The notes under the pieces: generated by a model
Databases searched by the model: none
Told to the model about the DNA's origin: nothing
Seen by the model: the letters and a program-made list of their open reading frames with translations, nothing else
DNA from: Rhynchobatus australiae
Taxonomy: Eukaryota
Direction: 5' to 3'
Length of the DNA: 64,000 bases
NCBI GenBank assembly: GCA_034780895.1
Contig: JAUZTB010000057.1
Coordinates: forward strand, 13,236,267-13,300,266
Position numbers and translations under genes: made by a program
In this document: one piece after another, positions 25,441-38,200 of the stretch
How the letters are laid out: each line of letters starts with the position of its first letter
Numbering within the stretch: the first letter of the stretch is position 1

Positions 25441-25632
25441 AACACAAGAAGTGCTGGAGGAATTCAGTGGGTCAGGCAACATCGGTGGAGGGAGATGGAC
25501 AGTCAAGACCCTTCATCTGGACTGGAAACGTCAACCGTCCATTTCCCTCTACAGGTGCTGCCTGATCTGCTGAGTTCCTCCAGTGCCTTTTGTGTTGTTC
25601 CAGATTCCAGCATCTGCAGTCTCTTGTGTCTC
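25441..25632. mobile_element. Palindromic Penelope pseudo-LTR pair with target-site duplication
   Basis: 25441-25505 is inverted relative to ~25530-25596, and the centre retains GAAACGTC. Flanks are TAATACCTTGACC (25428-25440) and TACTACCTTGACT (25633-25645). Confidence 0.8.
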
Positions 25633-28600
25633 TACTACCTTGACTCCCAGCCACAAACCTGGTAAAATTGGTTTTCTTTAACGAAAGCAGAAATGGGCCT
25701 CAGACACACAAATGAATATTTTTCACGTAGTGTTAGAACATGAATTGTAGGCTATGCATGGAAGACCAGGAACAAATTTTGGAAACCAGGTGACTTGTGA
25801 ACAAAGGACCCAATCGTATGTAACAGTCAGGCTTCAAATTAAATTCTTTCTCTTTGTGCACTGAAATGTTTTCCTTTGCACAAGGGTTTCTAGTCATTGA
25901 TATTTTCTTTCCCCTGGCACACTTTGGAAACTTGGTTATCAAAATATACTTTTCCTTCCTTTAGATCTTGAATTTGAGGGATTTTTCACTTATGCACAGA
26001 CACTCTACTGAAGCTTATCTCATAGCAGCTACACTGTGTGCTTCAGTAGCATCTCATATTCTGGTGCTTTACATACAACTGCTGGTGCTGTATATATTAT
26101 TTCATTCTTGCAAATATTTGTAGTCACTGTGCAGGCATTGAGGCATTCCAGCTATGAGCAAAGTTATAATTTTAATGTCACTCACAGGTTGGCTATTTAC
26201 CTGATATCTTACTGCAGAATCGAAAGATATCTTAAATTGATAGTTCTGCTGCAGTAGTTCTTCATGCTGTCTTTGTCTTGATGAAACAGCCCCTATGATC
26301 TATAAAATGTAGTCTGGTGAAAGACGCCACAATTCCTACTAGTTCCAAATTTATCGTATCAGTAGTAGAAATCACCAATGCAAATCTACCATGCTGAAGT
26401 CATTTAAATACCACAGAGGACAAGCCATTTTAGACATCAGGAAATCAAATCCCATTTCTCAATTAAAATTGTTTATTCTCAGGATGAGTACAAGATTCAG
26501 ATTTGATCTATAACCCTGAAGGGTAATGGTAGGGCATTCTGACAAATGTTTGTAGATTCTTTTGTCTTCCAAGTGAGAGAGAGCACTATATTCACACAAG
26601 CAGTAGTGGTCTTTCTTGAAGTGAAGTGTTAAATACAAGAACGATCTTCCCTATGATTTTCACAAAAATTATGGCTTTCTCCTACACCCCTCAGGCAGAG
26701 AATTGCAAATTTACGTGACAATCATGCTTATTTCATACAGTCTTTACACATAATCCACTCTTAATTGCAACTATCAAGATGAAAACAAAGTATGTATTAT
26801 ATATTTAACTACTATTGGTCGGAATAGCTCTTTTTAGCTAAGGGCTCAGGTGATGTTATGGATCAAGAGAATAACTGGTTTATGGACATCATCCACATCC
26901 AAATCTAATCTTATTATTGACTTTTTAAAGCCTTTTATTTTGACATACAATATTGTTGTGCAATTCCTGTAAAATGGATGTATCCCTAATGAGAATTTAG
27001 AAAAGTGCTGACATTAGAGTGAATGAAGACTGCAAGAGGCCATTGTGATGGCACCATGACAGAATAATAATATGATGGGACATACAAGATGGCATTACAG
27101 AGGAATTAGGGATGGTCAGCAGTAAGAAATAGGACTATAATTTAACTGAGATAGTCAGATGACATCATAAACCACACTCCTTGGCTTGTTTACAGGTATT
27201 ATCTCCTCCAAGAGATTAAAGCAAGTTTGTAGTCACATTCAACTGTTGGGTTATAAGCAAGCAGTGGAAAATTCTTATTGCAAAAAACTTGTATGTGATA
27301 AATATTGGGAGCTGATTCAATGAATTTTACTGACCGACAGCTTGCTGTAATAAAGAAAGTATACAGCTTAGTTCAGGTATATGAGGAACAATCAGCCCAT
27401 TGTGGAAATTGCTGCATTTCTCCACTTTGTTTCAATGGTTCTAATGCAAAAAAGGTGTAGTATTCATTATTCCTTCAGATTGTGAGCCTGTAGGCTTGAC
27501 CTGAAACTGGCTGCATGTTGCACAGAAAGGACTGGGATCTTGAGACTGACTGTTTCCTGTAGCTGAACTCAGATGAATGTTTTGAAAGTGCAATTAAGAG
27601 AAACAATCTGTGTGCTGACAGGGATTAAGTGCTCTGTGACTGGAGGCATTGGTTTGCATTGATCTGTGAGGCACATTCCAATGCTCTTATGCCTGAACAA
27701 TGGAAGAATTGATGAGCATTCACTTTTTCACTTTAAGCAGATACTAATTTCACTATAAGAAGAGAACTGTTCTATTCATTTCATTCAAAATGATTGGAGA
27801 AATCAGAAATATTTCACTAATGGCATTTTGCCATATTCCATCTCACCAGTTTTAGTTGCAATGAAACTGGCAACTTCAGTTAATTGATTCAGTTGCTTCA
27901 ATTAAGTGATAATTTATCCTTCCAGGTTTTGACAGTTCGGTGACCATGGTGACATTCTTTGATATACTATGGCTCCATCTGAGAGCAAAAACATGTAGAA
28001 CACTATTTCTATTAAGCATACTTTACTACAAGCTTAAAGACTTTATTATTTGGGTATTTCTGCACTTAATAAATGAAATAAGGTTTCAACCTTATATTAA
28101 GACAGAATTAAGTATTTTATCATAACTTGAAACTTCAGCCATATCTTATGCCAACACTTTAGGTTTGCACATGAACTAGAACAAGAATTCTCAGCAGATC
28201 TGAACTATGGTAAGTTCAAGGGACATGCTGGTGGGTCGTAAGCAGGGATTTCAAGATGACCCTGTCCTTTTGAACATAAGTGGAAAGATCAAAGGTCCAA
28301 AGGTCCAGACTTGTATTGCACTCAAAAATGAACTTGAATGTATATTTATTACAACTTGCCCAGAGAAGATTAATCAGCAAACCCAGAGAACACTCTAATT
28401 GGCAAGTTTCATGAAATACATTTTCAGCGGTGTATATTAAAACTATTAAAATATTTCCAAGAAATCTCTTTAAACAGAAAGCTGAAGTCATGGAAATACA
28501 CAGGATTGTATAATCCACTTTGTTATTATGGTAATAAACCATATTCTCTTACAAATGCTTCTTTTAATATAAACTCACATCTCCATTGAAAAATAAGTCA

Positions 28601-30564
28601 ACATTTGGAAATAGCTATAAAATAAGATTAAATCTGGATCTGATATATTTCTTTAGCACGAAGGACAAACCATATAGGATTTTTTCAGCAAACTCAATGG
28701 CAAATCAATGCTGCCTTTTGTGAGCTTCTGAAAACTAATAATACCTACTACCTTATCTAGCGTTTACAAGGCATTTGCTTTTATCATGGCACTTAAAGAC
28801 AAACTTGCTCATGTTTTCTAATGACCTGGAAGATAATTATTGAAAAGGTGGTACTGCAAAATTTTTTCATACAACCTCACCACACTGAGCCGTACAGATG
28901 AAGGGGGTCTTGAGTTGAGCTTTGATCTGTGCTCAGTTAGATGATCTTGAGTTGACAGTGGATGGGGGGAAGGGGAAGTAATGGCTACAATTGGAAATGG
29001 TTTGGGTCTGAACTTAAGGCTGCTATAGATCTGAGAGTGGTGGCTGTAGATTGCAAAGCACAGCAAACAAATTGAAGCTTTCTCATTACCTGTCAGCAGG
29101 GAGGGGTTCATGTGAGCATATGAGCCAGTGTCTGCCTTCTTGGCTCATAACAAATGTTCTCAACAATTAAGCTCAGAAAATCCCAGAAAATACTACAGGG
29201 TGTCCCAGCTTCACACTGGATTGGAATTATACTCCAAAATTAATTTGCAAAAGTGATGAGTGACAGTGTTATGGAGTAAGCTTTGCACAGCTTGGGTTTA
29301 GTGCATGCACCCAGCAGGCAGGATAGGTTCAGACTCCCAAGTTATACAGTTACAATCCTGGTGCAACTAAATGGCATCTAGTACCCAGTATTGCAAAAGT
29401 AAGCGCTTTGCTGCAATCTATAGTGCTCTGCACCATGCACCATCATTGCCAGGGCTCAGTGTAGGTACTGATCCACAGATAAATGACTGGAAACATTTAG
29501 GCTGATTGGAGAGCATCTGGGCTGGATTTATGCTTTGAAGTAGCATTAATTTAAAGCAGAAAGTGACTTGCAACCAGTGAGTAATCCCACTATATAAACT
29601 CCATTTTCTAATATATGTAGATTTGTTTGCCTGATTTATACACGTGTAAGAAAAACTTTCACTGAAGTATTGGATGATGTCTCTATTATAACCAAAGAGG
29701 TAACACATCACAACTACACAACCTTCCTTCTAGTTCTATTCAGTCCACTTAGATCAGAACAGTCCCAAGACAGGTTAATATGCTGATTTAAAAACAAAGG
29801 ATGAATTAGAAGTTTTTCGAAAAAAGCTCTTACATACCTGATTAATACAGTAATAAATATAGGCAGACAAAATTGTGCATTTGTTTTCACAAAGATATTG
29901 CAACACATACACAAGTCAATACATCACAACTGTTTTTGTGCTGCAGAATGCAGCACAGTTTTAATGTGGTTGGTTGCTTTTATATTTTGTCCTTCAATAA
30001 TTGTCTTCTATATTTTTAAATGTATCCTATTAATTCTCAACTCATTCTCTAATCAATGACTAAAACCCTCCTTCAACCTTCATGAATCTGTGTCCGCTTT
30101 CATCTTATTTAACACTCTAGCTGCAACAAAAAATAACTGTTGAGATTTTGACGGAAAAGCATGTATGGTCCAGATTTGCTTTTCTTTAATGAACAGACTT
30201 TCCTGTCTGTAAATTCAGAATGCATTTTGGAATCCTACTTTAGAATGACCCGCACCAGCTTGAGTCTTACCAGACCACCATTTGGTACCCTACGAGCAAT
30301 CAATGAGAGATTCCCGTTTTAATCTCCTCTGTAATGTAAGAGAAGAAAGGTTGATGGCTGTAGGTGCTGCTGTTTTTTAATCAAATATGTCTACACATTG
30401 AATATTTAGGTCCAATGACTCTCTCAACAGATTACTTCTGGCATATTGGGGTTTACATCATTTTAGCCACAAAACTTCTGAACATTTAAAACTTTAAAAA
30501 TTGCTTTGTATGTGCCTAAACCATCATAAAGCACCACACAATTCATCTTTCCTTCTTTCCTTAC

Positions 30565-31000
30565 AACACAGAAAGAGGCCATCGTCCCACTGGGTCTGTG
30601 CCAGCTCTCAGACCAATCCCGTCAATCCTGTTCCCCCACTTTTCCCTGTAACCTATTCTCTCTCATGAGCTCATAAACTACATTCTGATTGTCCTACCTC
30701 CAAATAAGACGAGGAGTAATTTACAGTGAACATTTTGCTTTAAAATGTTCTCTTAAAATTGTCAATCTGNNNNNNNNNNNNNNNNNNNNNNNNNNNNNNN
30801 NNNNNNNNNNNNNNNNNNNNNNNNNNNNNNNNNNNNNNNNNNNNNNNNNNNNNNNNNNNNNNNNNNNNNTCTGTGGGATGTGGGAGGAGACCAGAAAGAA
30901 CATCCATGGAAATCCATGCAGTCACACAAGAATATGCAAACTTCATATAGATAGCACCAGAGGTCAGGGTTGATTGAACCAGCACCATTATGTTGCCATA
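30565..31000 (-). mobile_element. HE1-like V-SINE (decayed, spans a gap)
   Basis: Homologous to 5326-5690 (GGGATGTGGGAGGA..GAAA.CCA.GCAGTCAC..TGCAAACT..AGCACC.GAGGTCAGG). Confidence 0.7.
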
Positions 31001-31651
31001 ACCATAACCAACCCTCTCTCCAGCTGAGGCAGATTTGTGAAATCAATAACTTTCTCTTAAAATTTTTCCTTTGCCGCAGATCAATGCTGGAAAAGCTCAG
31101 AGGTTGTGGATGTGAAATTGAAGTACTCGAAAGATGAAGTGTGAATTATTTACCTTGTTTTATCACTGGAACTGTAAGAAGCAAATATCAATGTTAGGGG
31201 CTGATGGATGCCAGCACTTTGAGGAGATAAGCAAAACTTCCCACTGTGTAATAAGAAAGGGATTGGATGAAGACAGGAAACATAACCTGAAAATAGAAAT
31301 TAATCTAAAATGAACAAATGGAATTAGTTATATATCACTGTTATAATATTGAACAACTCTGTTTGACTGCCTTTGCAACAGAATTTGAGCAGATTAGTAA
31401 CATTAACAATGACAGTATGAGTGACTGTTCTGATTGTAATTACCTTCTGCTACTCATGGGTTCTGCTGACAGTGCATTACTTTGTCTTTCCAAAATTTAT
31501 TCTATCTCCAAAATATTTATCTGCTGATAAAAAGAATTAGTTTTTGAGGTGAAACAAATTCATTTGTAGGTAACAATGGACAAAATGGTTCCTAAATTTC
31601 CTGCCATTCATTCCAATACCGATGGTGAACATACTGAATAAACTGATTGTT

Positions 31652-31770
31652 ATAATAAAAGCAGAAAACATTTGAAAGAGTCAGCAGGTCAAGCAGCATC
31701 TGTGGAGAGAGAAACAAAGTTAATGGTTCAAGTCAAAGATTCTTAATCAGAATAGGGAAAGTGAGAAAAT
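31652..31770 (-). mobile_element. Decayed Penelope-like pseudo-LTR
   Basis: TCAGCAGGTCAAGCAGCATCTGTGGAGAGAGAAACAAAGTTAA matches the family in reverse. Confidence 0.7.
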
Positions 31771-32229
31771 CAATTGAAATTCTACCCTTGATTTTTTAGA
31801 TCCAAGCCAGGTTAGCTGTCGAAGTGGATTCCAAACTGATTGATGTGTTGGAAGGAGTGTCATCAGAAACTGAGAGTATTTAAACTGCCAAATAGAAGTA
31901 TCAAGAACAATCCCTTTTAAGTATTCGAGATCCTGAAGAATGTAGATGAGAAAAACCCCACAACATTTGATCTGGCCATAGAATCAATCACTTTGGGTTA
32001 AGTCCTTATTTAAATCTGAAAACCCATGTGCAAAATTAGTACCCAATAACATAAGATATGCCCCTGGAGTTACAATGTTGTTCTTCATCGGTTACCTGAT
32101 TTTTTAAGTATATTTCAGTTTCCCTGCATTTGATATGTAGAGATAAATCACATACAAAATACAGTGGTGTCTCTGCATATATTTTTCCAATTAGTTAGTT
32201 TAATGAAAAATAATATATTCTGGAACAGG

Positions 32230-32780
32230 TATTCAACATGTTGCAGAAGGATGAGAAGCTATGTGTGGTTAGCTTTATGAAACCAGGAGCACACTGTGTG
32301 GCAATGGTGAAGTGAACTAGTAGGATGTTGGGCTGTATAACCAGAGGATTCAAGCACAAATTTCAAGAAGTGATTGTAAATTTTAGCGACTTCAGTTGTA
32401 AGAAGTGGCAGCTGAAGCTGGAGAAAAGATTTATAACGGATGATCTTAGTGAAATATCCAAAACTCTGAAGAGTGTAGACAAAATAAACATTGATATGTT
32501 TAATGATATCACATGTGATGAAGTAGGGCTCAGCTTCAAACTTACATGGAGATTGTTTATGCAGTTTAGATGTAATTACTTAAAATGGTGAATATATAGA
32601 ATGGATGCCATGACTACTATGGATGCAGTGATTAAACAGGCAAATTCAAGGTAGTTGGAGAATGACCTGGAGGAAACTTCATTCTGGTACAAGAGATATC
32701 ATGGGATATGATATTTCCCAGAAACTTGTATCTGCTACAATAACTCAGTGGTCTTTGCTAACTACTATTTTCTTATGTTA
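32230..32780 (+). mobile_element. Old CR1-like fragment
   Basis: MLGCITRG.K.K..EVI and DL.E..K.LK.VDKIN motifs, ending in TTTCTTATGT. Confidence 0.55.
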
Positions 32781-33049
32781 AATCCTGAAAATGTAAATGA
32801 TTGTAATTTTACCCGAACGTACTCATTGGGAAACTGACAGTTTCTGATCAATGACCCTCCTGAGCCTTGATAAATTTTACATTTTTTGAAGTTTTTTTGT
32901 TGATTTGAAGGTATGATTGCAGATATTATGATGGATTGGGAGCATGAAAGTTACCTGGACAGCACACTGCAAAAGACACACCTTAGATGAGGTCACTTTC
33001 ATTTCAATAGTGGTCAAGGAAAGAAAGTTTTGACCACAAATGAAGCAGG

Positions 33050-33590
33050 CTTGTAAACCTGAGATGTTGTGACGGAGGTGGGAGTGTTTCCATGGGCCAG
33101 CTGTCCTTGGTAGCTGTGGTCATAGTTTTGCCAGATGCTGTTGCAATAGACTAGGCAAATGACAGCAGAGCATTTCTCACTGGAGGATGTAGTGAACGTT
33201 TAAGATGGTAACAGAGTTTCAATAAAGCAGGTTGCTATGTTCCGTATGGTGTTTCACCGATCCAACTAAATGGAGTTTAGTCCCACTCCTGACCTCTACT
33301 ATGTCGTTGGTGGAAAGGCATTGATATCTCAGGTGTGTGTGTGGTGGAGTTGCTTGACACTTGTTTTGGTTTTCTGGTTATCAGCCCATGCATCAATACC
33401 CTCTAAGTCCTGTTGCATCTGGGCATGAACTGCTTTACTTTCTAAGAAGTTGTCAATGGAATGAATGTTAAGCAATCATCAATAAACATATCCCACCCTA
33501 ACTTTATGATGGAAGAATGGTCATTGATGAAGCAGCTGAAAAGTTTTGGGTCAAGGACCTTGCCTCAAAGAAATCCAGATTAATGTCCAG
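33050..33590 (-). mobile_element. Non-LTR retrotransposon RT fragment
   Basis: Reverse translation GFL*GKVLDPKLFSCFINDHSSIIKLGWDMFIDDC is a decayed G.PQGSVLGP..F..FINDL...FADD motif. Confidence 0.7.
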
Positions 33591-34556
33591 TGGCCCAGTC
33601 AATGGCCCAGAGTTTGCAGTCAGTGGTGAGACATCCATATCAACCACTGAAAACTGCATAAAGTTCAAACTTACCTAATGCGGGAACTGGAAATCTGGAA
33701 CCTGCTCAAACTCTTATAGTAAGGCCCCGCATGTCAATAGGGCCTTTTATGGAATAAAGAGATTGTGTGGGGAAGTGGGGGTGGTGTGCAGAATGAGGTC
33801 TGTCCAAGAAACATGTCAGAATATCCAGGCAGTTTAGCCACACTGCTTTGGTTAGCTGCTTCTGATATTTCCACATTCATTAATGTCTAAAATATCCAAA
33901 AACTATAACAATCAAAACTATCAACTTTTATTTTACATTAAACTTTTAATTTAAATAATATATTAGAAAATTTTAAAATGCTTTAGAAATCTGTCTCTCA
34001 GCCAGTTCCCTCCAATAAAACCAATGGAGGAGTTCATATGCTGGACCCAACCTGCCACAAATGTTCATGTGGTTTCACCACCATAAGTCATGGGTACTTG
34101 CTGCAGCTTTGGGGTCCTCCTCTGGATTGCTTTGAGTAAAGGTCAAACTCCTGATAGAAATGAAATTAGAGCAACTTCTGCAGAAATCCTGGGTTAACTT
34201 TAGCTTCTACACAAGCTGAAACTGGTTAACATCGATGTTACAGCTGCACTGTTAATGCATCCTGGGAATAGCCATTACAGCTGAGGGCTCTTTTCCATTC
34301 ACTTTCCTTCGTTAATCTAATTCTTGACAAATAAATGTTAACAGTGGGCCAATGTTCAAGGATATGAAAATAAGTTACTACATTATGGTATTTAAAGATC
34401 TAATCACTTAAATTTGTACAATTATGTTCTTTTCATAGCAGTCTTGCATTCTCTTAACAAATCATACCTAGCTACAGCCTCAAAATAGTGCTGTGTGGGA
34501 GTTTCAAGCCAGATATGTTCAAAACCTGAGGAGAAAAATGCTCTTTTGCATAAGGA

Positions 34557-35088
34557 CGAGGGGTGAAAGTAACTAAAATTTCTTACTGATTTGATGCATT
34601 ACTAACATTATTGATTTAACCCATTTATATTGACTGCATCAGCCACTTCCTTACCTGTATACCATGCATGTCAGCACTGGCTTACAACAGCACTGCATGA
34701 GGCTCAAGGCCATTAGGAGTGGGAAAGAGCTGGGAGAGGATTGAACTGGGGTGGGGATGATCAGGCTGGAGTGAGACAGGGTGTCCGTGGATTGGTCAGA
34801 GATAGAACGGGGCCGGGGTGGCTTGGAAGGGGAATCAGCTCAGGCATAAGGGGATCACAAGTTTTGGTAGGGTCTAGGGCAATCAGAATAGCAGCTGGAT
34901 AGTCATAGAGTCACCCTACCCAATTCTCTCCCATTCCTAACACTCCTCATACAGTTGTGGTTGTAAGCCAGTGCTGACAGGCATGGTATACCGATAAGAA
35001 AGTGGCTGATGCATTCAATGCAAATGGGTTAAGTCAGCAATGTTAGTGATGTCAAATCAGTAAGAAATTTAAATTACTTTCACCCCTG
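34557..35088. mobile_element. Foldback/MITE-like non-autonomous DNA transposon, hAT-like ends
   Basis: 34559-34702 is an imperfect inverted copy of 34945-35087, with additional pairing of 34713-34734 to 34919-34940. The terminus reads CAGGGGTGAAAGTAA. The G-rich spacer has no ORF. Confidence 0.8.
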
Positions 35089-35095
35089 GTAAAGG

Positions 35096-35290
35096 AGTCA
35101 TAGAGCCATTCAGCATAGGAAGAGGACCTTCAGCCCATTGTGTCCAAGCCGACTATCAAGCACCCATCTGTATTGATTCCATTTACCAGCACATGGTCCA
35201 TAGCCTTCTATGCATTGGTAATTCAAGTGCTATTTGTTCTGAAAGTCTGCCTCCAGCACCCCCTCAGGAATCGAGATCCTGATGCCATCA
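35096..35290 (-). mobile_element. CR1 3'-tail fragment abutting the foldback element
   Basis: AGTCATAGAG..CAGCATAGGAA.AGGACCTTCAGCCCA tail. Confidence 0.7.
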
Positions 35291-38200
35291 GTAATGAGTG
35301 GAAACTGGATGTGAACACTATGAATAGCACCCAAAGGAAGAACTACCTGAAAGGCGATGGGCTCCCAGGCTGCAGGTTAATATTTGAAAAGCAAGCTTCA
35401 GCTCCCTAATTAAGGCCTGCTTTGGTGTGTTTGGCCTGCGTCATCTGCAGGCTTTGAATGCACAGAAAGAGTTTTGAGCATGTGATGGTGAAACGTGGTT
35501 TGTACACCAAGTGGGTATGCATGCCTGACAGCCTCTACGCCTGTGTCATATGCACAGAGGACCCAGAACAAACTTTCAGCCATGTTCCACCCATGCCTTG
35601 AGGACTGAATTATGTTCAGTGGTTGGGATTTTGATAAAATTTGAGCTTTGTTGCACATAAAATTGTTGTGCTATACAATAGAATTTCCAGTCACCTGTGT
35701 TTGCCATGATTACAATGCATATTTGCTGCAGGTAAAACATAGCTAGGGCATAAGTTATCAGTTTTTGCCACTAAAAAGTTGGGAAAAAGAATCCCAGAAA
35801 GCCTACCTGCACATAAGGCTTTCTTTTATTCTTTTAATCACTGTTGAAACCTGGTGCCAGCAATAAATGTTGACCATGCATGATGTACATTTTCATTCAC
35901 TTTGTTTCAATAAGGTGATTGTGGCTTTCAAATCTTCATATAGACCACTGGCCAACCTCATTTGCTCATGGTCAGCAGTGAATAAGGCAGCATAAGTGAA
36001 ACCGTGGGCGGAACAGGGACAACAAGCAAAAGAAGTTCACAATTACATGAAAGTGAATGAATATATTGAAGATATATTGAAGTTAAAGTCTGAAAGAGTC
36101 TGTAATCATTACTGGCCTTTTTAATTTTCTTGTGCTTTATGGAGACTGAAAGATGATGCATCTTTTGAGTAATGGTTTTTCAAAACATCCTGAATTTTCC
36201 TGAATACATGTAGAATGCAACAAAACTCCCTCAAATGAACCAAACGTAAAATTCAAAAGATTTAAGTCCAGTGTACATTTGATCCAACACAATGTCAACC
36301 CTCATTCATAATGGCATCTTTCTACAAAAAAGCCAGGCAGAAAATAATTAGCATTGAATCTGTTCCATTCAGTCTTGCAGCAAGCAAGCAATGTGAGCCT
36401 TAATATGCCCCAGCTCCCTGCAGCTCTGTAATTCTCCAATGTGGGAGAGGCAACAAAAAGTCTTTATTGATTTTAGAAGAAAATTCTTAAAGTGGTCAAA
36501 AACAAGTTCCAGGAAGATAACAGTGACAATGAAATACATACCTGCAAACTCGTCATACTTTTGTGTACACCACTCAGCCACTTCTGGCAACTTATGCAGC
36601 CTCCTTTAAATATTTGCAGTGAGCTGCACTCAGTACATGAACTGACAATGGTCAATGATTCTTGGTGAAAAGAGAAACCTCTTGACATCTAACCTAGATC
36701 CATGCTTCTGTAACTTAAAACATAAATATTGTATTCACACAGCATATTATTTACATTAGATATCTGCGGCATTATGTCTGAATTCGATCAAATTAAAACT
36801 GCACAAACCACAGAGACTGTAATAAAATGATTTAACTCAAAAAGGTCATCTTTAGCAAGTGACAATTTTGTAGGCTTTCCCATTACATTTGTCTGATAAA
36901 TTTATGAAAAGTTATGGATGAAAAATGACCATCCAAAACATCAAAGCTTATCCCTCTGGTACTTTACTGTCACTCCAATGTCATCTAGTTTCAATTTGTA
37001 GTCACAGACTGGTCTCCCCTTGACTGGGGAGACCACAGATTAGTGACCACAAAGCCAAACACCTTCATTCACTCCATAAATGACTCGGAGCACCTGGGGC
37101 CTGCTGATTTACCATGACTATCANNNNNNNNNNNNNNNNNNNNNNNNNNNNNNNNNNNNNNNNNNNNNNNNNNNNNNNNNNNNNNNNNNNNNNNNNNNNN
37201 NNNNNNNNNNNNNNNNNNNNNNNNNNNNNNNNNNNNNNNNNNNNNNNNNNNNNNNNNNNNNNNNNNNNNNNNNNNNNNNNNNNNNNNNNNNNNNNNNNNN
37301 NNNNNNNNNNNNNNNNNNNNNNNNNNNNNNNNNNNNNNNNNNNNNNNNNNNNNNNNNNNNNNNNNNNNNNNNNNNNNNNNNNNNNNNNNNNNNNNNNNNN
37401 NNNNNNNNNNNNNNNNNNNNNNNNNNNNNNNNNNNNNNNNNNNNNNNNNNNNNNNNNNNNNNNNNNNNNNNNNNNNNNNNNNNNNNNNNNNNNNNNNNNN
37501 NNNNNNNNNNNNNNNNNNNNNNNNNNNNNNNNNNNNNNNNNNNNNNNNNNNNNNNNNNNNNNNNNNNNNNNNNNNNNNNNNNNNNNNNNNNNNNNNNNNN
37601 NNNNNNNNNNNNNNNNNNNNNNNNNNNNNNNNNNNNNNNNNNNNNNNNNNNNNNNNNNNNNNNNNNNNNNNNNNNNNNNNNNNNNNNNNNNNNNNNNNNN
37701 NNNNNNNNNNNNNNNNNNNNNNNNNNNNNNNNNNNNNNNNNNNNNNNNNNNNNNNNNNNNNNNNNNNNNNNNNNNNNNNNNNNNNNNNNNNNNNNNNNNN
37801 NNNNNNNNNNNNNNNNNNNNNNNNNNNNNNNNNNNNNNNNNNNNNNNNNNNNNNNNNNNNNNNNNNNNNNNNNNNNNNNNNNNNNNNNNNNNNNNNNNNN
37901 NNNNNNNNNNNNNNNNNNNNNNNNNNNNNNNNNNNNNNNNNNNNNNNNNNNNNNNTAACCTAATCTAGCCTAAGATCACCCTTTGCGTGCCACAGGACTC
38001 AGATTTGTCCTGGGTGAAACATACCGGTGGCCTGCCTGCCAAATGGTTGGCTGCCATTAAAATCCAGTGCCCAAGGTCAAGTGTTAGTGGGTCAGTGACT
38101 GTTTCAGGCTCTGTGCACCACTTTAGGACTGAAGTGGAGGAGGAGAGAGGGCCAGCTGTCATTAGTCTAATCAGGGACTTAAAATGGTGATCTGTTAAGT

